64,000 bases of DNA from Gracilinanus agilis (Eukaryota). This document shows positions 49,269 through 59,809 of this stretch, in pieces (position 1 is the first letter of the stretch; every line of letters begins with the position of its first letter). A program made the position numbers and the translations under genes. The DNA lies in assembly GCF_016433145.1 (NCBI RefSeq), contig NC_058133.1, positions 35,214,492 to 35,278,491 on the forward strand, read 5' to 3'. Below the pieces are notes generated by a model. That model had not been told where the DNA came from. It was given only the letters and a program-made list of their open reading frames with translations, and did not search any database.

Positions 49269-49539
49269 AGATTGGAAATCTTACAAGTCAAAGAAGAGAT
49301 AAATAAAATGAAAAATAAAAAGACCACTGAACTAATAAATAAAGCTTGGAACTCCCCATCTTAGCCAGGATGGAAGTGCAGGGGCCACTCGGGGGTCTGA
49401 GCTCACTGATGACCAATGGGGGACCTTTGACCTGCCTCGATTTCAGCCTGGACTGGATGACCCTCCAATCAGTGTAGGCCACTGTAGCAGCCTAGATCAA
49501 GAAATTCCCCCATGGGCAGCCCGGTTCGTCAGGGGATAG

Positions 49540-52010
49540 CGTCAAGTTTGGAGGGGGGTGGTCCTGGGGTCAGATCTGGCCTCAGACACTCCCTAGTTGT
49601 GTGACCCTGGGCAAGTCTCTTAACCCCAAATGCCTAGCTCTTACTGCTCTTCTGCCATATATGGTATTTATTCTAAGAGGGAAGATAAAAGATTAAAAAA
49701 GCAAACAAACAAAAAAGGGACCCTCCCACCTCTGTTGCCCTGGCAGCTGGGATTCCAGGTGTGCCACCACACCCACCAAGCCATGCTATACGCTTAAAAA
49801 AATACCCAAACCTCTAATAAATTCCACACTTTCCTTTCCTAATCCTACTCCCAACTGCCAGTGACTAATAAGCAGTTATAACTAACAACGTCACTCCTTC
49901 CTCAATAAATTCCAATGGCTCCATATCATCTCCAAGATCAGATATAAGGTAATCTCTGACATTTAAAGTCCTTCATGATGAATCTCCTGACACTCTACAC
50001 CCTGTGGATTCTACAGTCTGGGCACACTGGCTTCCTGGCTGGGCCTCTACTCCAACATTCCATTTCCCTCCTCTGGGCCTTTCTACTGGCTGAGCCCCAT
50101 GCTTGGAGCACCCTTCCTCCTTATCTCAGACTCTTGTCTATACTGCCCTTCCTTTCTTTTTGTGCCTTCCCTTTGGGATTACTTCCATTTATATTGTGGA
50201 TATTGTATGCCTGCTGTCTCTCCCTAGAGCATGAGGTGAGCTCCTCCAAGGCAGAGATTTTTTTCCCCCATTTTTCTTTTCCTTAGTACCTAGGACATTG
50301 TTTTTGTTTGATCGTTTCTGTTATGTCTTAACTTTTTGTGACTCCATTTGGGTTTTTCTTGGCAGAGATCCTGGGTGGTTTACCACTTCCTTTTCTAGTT
50401 CATTTGACAAATGAGGAAACTAAGGTCAACAGGGTGAAGGGACTTATCCAGGGTCACACAGCTAGTATCCAAGACTGCATTCAAACTCACAAAGATGAGT
50501 CTTCCTGACTCCAAGCCTGTACCACTTGGCTGCCCTATATGCCTGGCACATAGTAGAGGCTAAATAAATGCTAGTTCGAGGGGGCAGCTGGGTGGCTTAG
50601 TGATTAGAGAGCCAGACCTACAGATGGGAGGTCCTCGGCTCAGACCTGGCCTTAGATACTTGCTAGCTGTGTAACCATGGGCAAGTCACTTAACCCCAAC
50701 AGCCCAGCCCTTACCACATTTCTGCCTTGGAGCTAATACTTCATATTGATTCTGAGACTAAAGGCAAAGATTTTTTTAACTGCTTGTTGATTGACTCTCA
50801 AAACTGCCCTGCTGGCTCGCGCTTTCTTCTGAACTTCTCTCTTCTCCCCAAAACAGAGAAAAGAAACCCCTCCTAACAAATAGGCCCCCAGTTTCCCGGA
50901 GTGGCTTCATCCCCAGAGGTCTGAATGTCTGTTCCTCCACCCCGCCTCTCCAGCAGATCTCGCAGGTCCTGTGAAGGTAGAGTCCCGGTTCTTCGCCTGG
51001 CTCGGGCCTTGCTGCTTTCTAAGTCTTCTTCTAGAGTCGTCATCTTCGTCTACATTGTTCTGCTGCTTCTGTTTCCTTCGCCCCAGCTGAGTGTGGGTTG
51101 GGAGCTGCACTGTGGGACTGCGTAGTCTGAAGGCGAAGTTCCTTCCAGTGTCTGTCCATCGGTCCAGGAGGCTGCCCCGGAAAGAGGAGGAGCAGAGGGA
51201 GCCGGCGTCTGGAAGGCAGCGGAGAAGCTTCTGAAGGAGGAGCACCTGCTCAGGTGGGCTTCAGGGCATTCGGGCTGGGGCAGGGAGGCGGCTTTCCGCT
51301 GTGGCTTTGCCCATTTCTTCTGCTGAGGACTGAGGACAAAAAGGACTGCAACCTACATGTACTATTGAAGCCACAACACCTCCTGACCCAGATGGCACAC
51401 ACAGGAAAGCTGGGGGTTCAGGGAGGGAGCCCCTGCATAGCTGCTCTGGCCCAGGCCTCCCAAAGTGCCGGGCCATGCATGGAGGCCCCTGATATGGAAG
51501 GGAGCACAGAAGAGGGGAGATGAGGCACAACAGTGAAGAAGAACAAATATTTGGATCTTTTTTAAAGGAAAGTAATAATAATACTTAGCATTTTCATATT
51601 TCATTTTATTAATCCTTACCTTCCATCTTGGAATCAATACTATGTATGGGTTCCAAGGCAGAAATGTGGTAAGGGCTGGGCCATTGGGGTTAGCACGGCT
51701 AGGAAAGATCTGAGGTCAGATTTGAACCCAGGACCTCCCAGTCTCTAGGCCTGGCTCTGGATCCACTGACCCAGCTGCCTCCCATTTACATATTTCAAAG
51801 TTTACAGAGCACTTTCTACATGCTGTCTCATTTGATCTTCCCTGAGGGTCAAGCCTGGGACATGGGTGCTAATATGGTCGTCATTTTTACACTGGAGGAA
51901 ACCCAAACGGAGAAAGGTGGTTATTTGCTCAGGGTCACACCGCTGTGAAGGGTCCAAGGCAGAATTTGAAATCAGGTTTTCTTGACTTCAAGTTCAGTGT
52001 TCTAGCCACT
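49540..52010. mobile_element. SINE cluster: + copies at 49540-49715 and 50580-50780; - copies at 50290-50535, 51590-51782 and 51785-52010
   Basis: CORE-SINE, Mar1 and MIR signatures; boundaries approximate. The range also spans non-repeat sequence at 50830-51500. Confidence 0.75.
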
Positions 52011-52059
52011 CAAATCTCAAATCTTTGAGTTTAATCTGTGAGCTCAGAAAATTCTAGAC

Positions 52060-52385
52060 CTGTTCATTAAAGAGATGGTTGGCTGAACATCCAGAAAGGG
52101 AAGTAATGATTGCAAAGAACCTGCTGGCTTCGTCAGGAACAGGTCATGCCAGACGGCAGATGATGAGGAGGGAGTCTACTTGAATTAACAAAGCTTTGGA
52201 TAAAGCGCCTCACAGTATCTTGGTAGAGAAGACAGAGATGTGGAGGAGCCAATAATGCACTTGGATGGATCCAGAATGGGTGGGATGGTAGAACTCCGAG
52301 TCATTTTGTGAGCCCACTGCCAAGGAAAGGGAAAAGAGATGGGCGTAGAGGGCTCCAGGGATTGGGGCTGGCCCTATTTAAATTA
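52060..52385 (+). mobile_element. CR1/L3 RT fragment
   Basis: gaacaggtcatgccagac (RSCQT) and aaagctttggataaagcgcctcacagtatcttgg (KAFDKV.H.IL-like). Confidence 0.75.
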
Positions 52386-53677
52386 ATTAGCTAATTTAAT
52401 AAGTAACAAGTTAATAATTAAATAAGTTAATAGTCAAACTGTTCACTATGAAACTATTTCTAAAAAATTTTAATGTTAAAAGTGGTAAACTACTTATAAA
52501 GATATTAATGGCCCCCATTAAGGCATAGATAATACATCTGCATTTGAGATTAAGTCAGAAGAGAAGCCCATCAGTCTGCCAGGATTCTTAAATGTCTGCT
52601 ATGGGCCAGGTGCCATGCTATGTGCAGAGATACAAAGAAAGGAAAAACTGGTCTCCTTGAGGAGCCCACAGTCTCATGGAGGACACAAAACCATAAGAGT
52701 AATGAGGTGCAAATAAACTCTAAACAGGATAAATTGGAAGAGGAGGAAGGGGAGGAGGAGGGGAGGAGGCTCCCAGGAATACTTGGGCTGACCTCTTGCC
52801 CCTGAAGGCCAGTAAGTGTAAAAGGTGGATCAGCTTTGTTACTCCTGGCTCCAGGAAGCACAATGAGGACCGCCTGGGAAAGTTGTAGAGAGCCAGATCT
52901 TGGCTCTGTGTCATGAAAAGCTTCTCCATGAGGAAAGAGTTGCCTTGGAAAATGGCGGGGCTCATCCTCTCTTGAAGGCCTTCACCTAGAGGCAGTCCAG
53001 CCCACCCCCTGGGATCCCAGGTTTGGGGCCAGTCTGTGCCCAGAGGGAGGGCCTTGTCCCAGGTTGCTCAGGTAGTGAGAGTCAGAGGTGGAAAGGTTGG
53101 TGTGTCATAGGGAAGAATCTAAAGCTGACACTCAGTCAGAGCTCATCCCCACTGCTCAGAGACAAAGAAGCAGAAGGAAGAAGATGGAGACCGAGAATTC
53201 CAGGACATCAAAACCAAACCTGAGGGAAAACTTAGGGATGAAAAGGAAGCCAACACGTGGCTCAAAGGACGGGCATTCCGTGGAAGGTGAGGCCCCCTGT
53301 TCTGTGGTGAGGAGCTGAGAGGGGCAGAGAGCAGCTTCTGGCCCCAGGCAGAGCTGAGGAGGGACTGCAGGCTGAGCCAGTCAGGCAGGATCCCTTCCTA
53401 CAAAGGTGCTGGGAGGCCCTGGGGAGTCTTGGCCAAACCCCTTCTCTGAGCATCTGCCTGGGGACGCTGAGGCCCTGATCCTGAAAGTGCTGGAGAGACG
53501 GACCTGCTGTTGGGCCTGAAAGAAACCCTCTGGACCCACCTGATGGAGTCACATAATTGCCTTTCTTGGCTGTGTTCTCCCCAGGGTGCAGGTACTGTCC
53601 CTCCAGCTGGGGGCTGCCATAGGGAGGGTAGGGGCCTGCCCAGAGAGGCAGCCCGTGAGGAGAGGGGAGCAGCTAAC

Positions 53678-53821
53678 CTCCTGGATCTGCTCCTTCATGG
53701 CCTTGATCTCATTCTCCCTGGGCTCGATCTGCTTCTTCAGCTCCTTGATTTTGTAATCCAGCACAAACTTGAACTTCTCCAGCTCCTGGTTCTTTTTTTT
53801 CAGGTCATAGATTCTTCTTTC
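53678..53821 (-). CDS. CFAP57: CFAP57 exon (144 nt)
   Basis: Reads [48 protein letters not shown]. Confidence 0.97.
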
Positions 53822-54107
53822 CTGAGGAGAAAAGTGTTGTAAAGACTCCTGTAAGGACTTGGGGAGCTGGGCACAGGGAGGAATCTAAGCCTTTCCCTTT
53901 CCCCTCTGCTCCCTGATCTGATTGGGCCTGGGACACCTTGGAGGGGAAGCTCATTTTTGGGGCTGGAGGTGAAGGGGCATGCTCTAGGGGCAGCCCCTTG
54001 GCCAGGGGCAATCAAGCTGAGGCCATGATGACGAATTTAGGTGCCCTCCCACTGCCCTCGTGGGCTGTGCCCCTGGAGCTAGGTGCTGGGGACAGCTGCT
54101 TGGGCAC

Positions 54108-54266
54108 CTTGTCCTGGATTGTCTCGTCTCTCTCCTGAATCTCCCGTTTCAGGCCTTGGATATCCTTCTCCAGGGATTTGATGACACCTTGGAGTTTCAA
54201 CTGCTCCACCTTCAGGGCCTCGATGTCCGTGCTCCGCTCCTCAATCTCCTTCTGCAAGCTGCTGAA
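54108..54266 (-). CDS. CFAP57: CFAP57 exon (159 nt)
   Basis: Reads [53 protein letters not shown]. Confidence 0.96.
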
Positions 54267-54551
54267 CTGAACCCCCCCACCAGGGGACAGTTGGTGACCT
54301 GCATCCCTGGGTGTCCCTAGTGGCTTCCTGCAAAGGGATGGCCCCGGAGCATCATGCCCACAGTGGCAGGACTCCAGGAAGTGGTGTGTGAATGCCAGGA
54401 GTGTCCGGGGGCTGGTGAGGATGAGGAATCCCTCCCAGCAGCCAGAAGTGGCCCAGGGATGTGGCCTGGTGATGGTGGGCTAGGGGCCTGCTGTCCTAGG
54501 ACCAGCCCGGATGAGTTTGGGGGGCTCCTCACTGAGCTGGTTCTAGCAGCT

Positions 54552-55257
54552 TGTGGGAAGCCATTAAGAGAAACAATTTTGAATAGATATTTTTATCTGG
54601 ACCCCATCAAAAGGTCAACACAGCCTGGCAGAGTTGTGTGTTAACCCTTCTGATAATCAGAGTGAGACTGAATTGGGCTATCTAAGATAAAAATCTGAGA
54701 TTCCTTTTTTGATTCCTTTTTATGATTCACACCTTTTCTTATTAGAAAGCAATATAGTCTTCCTGGAAAGCTTTAAGCTCTTAGCAAACCATCAGTCAAG
54801 AGGTTAACATTCTTCTCTTTTGGTCAGGAATGCAGCTGCTTGGCAAGCCAAGGTTGAAACCTTAGGTTAGCAGGGGCATTTCGCCCCTGAGAGAAGTATT
54901 CCCAGACTTAGAATAAACTGCTTGGTCTCAAAAGTAATCAAGGCTGAAAAAGTCAGGGGCTTCCCGTCCTACCAAAATATTCCCACTTAGCTTGCTGATA
55001 ACAAAGTAGCTGAAAGTTTAGCATTGAAGTTTCTAAAGCCTTTTGTATTGTCTGTTAAAAATGCAACTCTGGCAGCTGTGAGAACTTCCCCTGTGCTTTT
55101 GGGTGATCTTTTACTTCATATATAATAAACCTGTGACTCCATTGTACCTCGAAGCACTTTGAGCTAACAAGCCAATGCTTCTAATCTGTTTTGTTCTTTA
55201 TATCCGAGGACCACCCTTGGCCACTCAGGAAACCCCTGGTGTATAGAGCAGTTCTCA
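54552..55257 (+). mobile_element. Probable solo LTR (~700 bp)
   Basis: TG...CA ends, AT-rich U3-like body, TTAAAAA at ~55055, AATAAA at 55124-55129. No TSD found. Confidence 0.5.
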
Positions 55258-55775
55258 TGGACCATGGCTGAGGCCAAGTCCCAAGGACAGACTCCTGGAT
55301 CCTTGCAGCATGGGTGGATCAGGTCACGTGGCACATTGAGATTACTGAGAGTCTCTGAAGCTCCCCCAGGACAAGCTGCTCTGGGCAGACAACGTGGGGC
55401 TCTGCTCTGGGCCCCCCCTTTTAGGAGGGAGATGCCACAAGATGAGGACTGGCAAGCTAGACTGAAAGAGGATGGGGGAAGGAGTCAGGTCTGTGTAGCC
55501 TGCAGCAGAGAAAGGGTTCTGGGCTGTTTGCCTTTGTCTCCAGGGTGCTTAAACAACATGCTGTGTTGGCCATGAATCAATGTTTGTGGAAGGAGTGGAT
55601 GGAGAGGCTGGCCCGGGGTCATCCCCAGTGTGATGAGAAGGTTCAGGGGCCGCCAAGAGAAGGACAAAGGGACAAAGAAAGGGGAGCCGGGCTGGCGGGT
55701 CCCTCCTTGGCTGTCCTCCTGGACACGTCCTCTGGCTGGGCCAGAGGCTCCTCTCAGCCCCCCCTCAGCCCTCAC

Positions 55776-55949
55776 CTTCTTCCGCATGATGCCTGTTTCT
55801 CCTTTGAGTCGCAAGTTGGCTTCTTTTTCATCCCGGAGCTTTTTCTCGTATTTGGTTTTGATGTCCTGGATTTCTCGGTCTTCGTCTTCTTCAATCTGTT
55901 TCTTTGTCTCTTCAAACTCTCGCAGTTGTTGCCTCGCATCATCCTGAGC
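55776..55949 (-). CDS. CFAP57: CFAP57 exon (174 nt)
   Basis: Reads [58 protein letters not shown]. Confidence 0.97.
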
Positions 55950-56104
55950 CTGGCTCAGAGATTGGGGGTAGGGGGAGGACAGGAGGGATAAGGAGCCTCA
56001 CCCTGCTCCCCGAGTGTGCCTGTGAGCAGGGGGCTCGAGCTTTGCCTTACTCCCTGGACGTGCTGGGAATGGGTAAGAGCCAGTAGGCAGGGAACCTGGG
56101 TTTT

Positions 56105-56157
56105 GAGGCGATGTGTGAGAGAGGTGATGTGTGAGAGAGGTGATGTGTGAGAGAGGC
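56105..56157. repeat. 16-bp tandem repeat x3.3 (GAGGYGATGTGTGAGA)
   Basis: Directly visible; one mismatch. Confidence 0.92.
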
Positions 56158-56389
56158 TCAGGCCTTTGGCTCCCTGTGTGCCAGGAAATGGCCTAAGGGT
56201 CACTGGACTCTACATGAAGGAAAGGGGGAGACGGAGCACCCCCATGGATGCTCCCTGGATGTGGGGCTGGGCCCTGCCTCCTGCCCACGGTGTCCTCATC
56301 CCCTCCCCTTGGCCAAGCCACCTGTGGCTGGGGATCCAGGCAATCAGCCATGTCAGCAAGCCACAGCCTTGCCCTGGGCCCTCCCGCAC

Positions 56390-56580
56390 CTCCTCCAGCA
56401 GGCTGGTTTTCTCGTGGAGCTTGGCCTCGTAGTACTCGGTCAGCTCCTCCAGGGCCTGGCTCTTGGTCTCCTCATTGTCCCGCAGCTGTTTCTCGTATTC
56501 TTCTTGCATCCGCTGAGACTTGAGCTGCAGCTCCTGGTACTTCTCATATTCCAGCAGCAGCTTCTGATTGTTACAGCACT
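56390..56580 (-). CDS. CFAP57: CFAP57 exon (191 nt)
   Basis: Reads [64 protein letters not shown]. Confidence 0.97.
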
Positions 56581-58419
56581 CTGGAAGGGATGGCGGCAGA
56601 CACGGAGAGTGAGTGCAGCCCTGCTCGGGGGGCTGGGACTGGCTGCCAATGGCTGCCCCCCAAAGCCATCTCCTCCCAGAGAAAGGGCAGGGCCAAGGGA
56701 GGGGGCACTGCACGGCTGCTGCCTGTGTCAGCAAATCATCTATCCATTCGACACCTGCTGCGGGCACAGTACTGAGCTCCAAGCTGAAACCAGAGGCAGC
56801 TCCTGCCCAGACATCCACACATAGGCTGAGGGACAAAGTGGGACACAGTGAAGGAGAGACACAAGACAAAGGCTGCCCACAACTGAGGCCCATTCCATTG
56901 CTTTTGGCCTAGGGGCACTGGGGACGTTTCCCTCACAGCTGCCTGTCAGAGCCACGGAACATGGAAGACAAGAGCTGACTGGGCAGTGAACAGAGGTCCA
57001 CAAAGGCGGTCTAGATCTTTGGACCACAGCTTTGAGGACAGGAGTGTCCTACAAGGCCAGTGGGAAAATGGGAAGATCTTTGTGGGGTGTCTTGCAAATG
57101 GGGTCTGTGAAGTCTGGTCCCCAGACAAGGTCTTCCTGCTCCAATTAAAGGAAAGAAGAGCTGCACAGACTCAAAGGTCACAGGGAGCCAGTGGTCAGGC
57201 CTGGGGCTTGTGCTCCCAAATGGCCAAAGCTTCAGTGACACAGGAGGACCTGGGGTCCGGACCCAAGGAGACAAAGGAGACCTCACAGGCCTCACTGAGA
57301 CTCGGTGGGACAAAACAGGACCCGCTCTGTACATTGCCTTTCCATCCCCAGCGAGCAGCAGAGCCCTTGGCACACTAGATGTTTAATGCTTGCTGAACTG
57401 GTCTGTGGCTCTGGAGGTGTAGCAGTCACCAAACAGGTACTCACTAGGTGTGTGCTTGCTGTGCTAAGATACGAAGGCAAAAAGCAGGCCCTGCCCTCAG
57501 GGAGCTGACAGTCAAGAGGGGAGACAATATCTAAATGACAAGACTGGGAGGTAATGTTGGAGGAAGCCCCGGTTGTGTGGTGGCAGCACTGGATCTGGAA
57601 GAAGCTCCTTCAGAAGACAGGAGGTAAACTGAGTCTTAAGCTACTGACCCACACAGGGTTTCTAGGAAGGAGACAGCAGGGCCAGCAGGATGGTTTGGCT
57701 TCTCTGCCTTATTCCTCTGGGGGGTGAGGGGAGGTGCCTGGAGTCCCCCAGGCCTCCAGTATCTATCCCTTGAAGCCAGGCCTCCCTGACTCCTAAGTCA
57801 GCTCTCCAACCATGACTACACACTGCCTTTCTGCATCCAAAATATGGAAAAGAGAAACCTGCAGCCTACCTCCTGCCCCACGGACAGAGAGCAGAAAGAC
57901 CTGGGGGAAGGGACTGAGCTGCTGGCTGGGTAGAGAAACAGATTCCCAAGTTTGAATTCTGACCCTGACCCAGAGCCCAAGGGAGTTTGTAGGGAGAAGC
58001 AGGCAGATGTGAGGGGGAGCCCCTGGGGATGGCTGCCAGCATGGATGGCCTGAGGATGTCTGAACTTGGGTGAAGGGATGACACACATCTCTGTGCAGGC
58101 ACAAGCCGGACACCCTTTCTCCTTTCCTCTGTCCCTGTCCGAGAGGGCGGGGTGGGGGGGTGCACTGTGGTTATGGGCTCACTTTAGACTCTGGGCTTCT
58201 CTCTGGGACTTGGGAAGTTGGGAAGAGGGGAGAGGATGCAGGCTTGCATCAGGGGGTGGCTGTGTCAGAGGGGAGATGCTGCCGAGCTGAAACCAAAGGG
58301 CCTTGGCCACGGCTTGGCTGTGGAGGGTGGGGTACGGAGAGAAAGCGGGGAGCTGAGGCTGACACCCGGGCCTTGATGCTGGCTGCTCCTGCCAGTAATG
58401 GGGAAGTTAGGAAAAGGGG

Positions 58420-59150
58420 GAAGGTTTGAGGAGGAAAGAGAACGAGTTTGCTTTCAGACAGGTTGAGTTTATGCTATCTCCCAGCCATCCGGTTTGAAAT
58501 GTTCAACAGGCAACTGGAGATGGGAGCCTGGAGGTCAGGAGAGAGGCCAGGCCGGACAGAGAATTCTGAGAACCATCCATCTGCAGATGCTGGGTGAAAC
58601 CATGGGAGCCGCGAGATAACCAAGTGAGAAAATGCAGAGGGAGGCGAGCCCAGGACAGAGCCCTGGGGGACACCTGTGGTTGTGGGAATGACCTGGACGT
58701 CCAGCAAAGGACACTGAAAAGTTACCATGGGAAAGGTAGGAGGAGAACCAGGAGAGAACAATGTCAGGAAAACCCAGAGAAGGGAGAGTATCCAGGAAGA
58801 GGTGATCAGCAGTGTTAAAGGCTGTAGAGAGGTCAAGGAGGGTAAAGACACAGAAGAGATTTGGTAATGAAAATGTTGCTCTGTGAGGAAAAACAACTGC
58901 TTGAACACATGGGCTGTTGGGGATATTATTGGGGATGAAGACATTAAATGATAACTCTAGTCCAACTATCAATAATATGGAATTAGGTATTAATCAATGA
59001 TAACATGTAAAACCCAGTGGAATTGTGCGTTGGCTACGGGGGCGGGGGCGGTGGGAGCTTGGGGGAGAGGGAAAGAACATGAAACATGTAACTATGGGAA
59101 AATACTAAAAATAAAAATAAAAATATTTTTTTAAAAAAAAGAAAATGTTG
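58420..59150. mobile_element. L2 fragment (minus, 58420-58880) with an inserted L1 3' end (plus, ~58890-59145)
   Basis: L2 minus peptide [13 protein letters not shown] and PQGSVLG motifs; L1 3'UTR with A-tail. Confidence 0.78.
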
Positions 59151-59691
59151 CTCTGAGACCCTGGGCAAGTCACTTAACCTAGTTTGCCTCAGTTTCCTCA
59201 TCTGTCAAATGAGCTGCAGAAGGAAATGGCCAACCACTCCAGGATCTCTGCCAAGAAAACCCCAAATGGGGTCACAAATAGTTGTACACAACTGAAAAAT
59301 GATTGAACAACTTTGCACTTTCAGCTGAATGATTGGATCAGAAGGCAGACCTCAGAGGAAGGGGATGGTACAAGCATTTGTTAGGCAGCTTCTATTTGCC
59401 AGGCAAAGAGCTGTATAAATGTTTCTTTCTATCATTCCCCATACCTGGGAGGTAAGTACTATTATACCCATTTAACAGTTGAGGAAAATGAGGCTGACAG
59501 GTTAAGTGACTTTGATGTTCACCCAGAGCATGTTCCCCTCCATGCTCAGGGCTCCTGTGCCTTGGCCTGGCCCTGGTAAAACCCAGCTCTGGGGTCCGAC
59601 CCCACTCTGAGGTCTCCAGGTGTCTGCATGGACAGGACAGGCACTTCCACCCACCTCAGGGCCCCCCTGCTAAGCTGGCTCCCTCACCCAC

Positions 59692-59785
59692 CAATGTCCT
59701 GGAGTTCTCTGCCCTGCTTTTCCATGAGGTCGTCTATGTAGTTACTATGTGTGACTTCTTGCTTCTCCCTCTCTGTTTTCAGAAC
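59692..59785 (-). CDS. CFAP57: CFAP57 exon (94 nt)
   Basis: ttttgtttggatttcAG acceptor. Reads VLKTEREKQEVTHSNYIDDLMEKQGRELQDI+G, phase 0 to 1. Not in the ORF track. Confidence 0.94.
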
Positions 59786-59809
59786 CTGAAATCCAAACAA
59801 AATAAGTCT

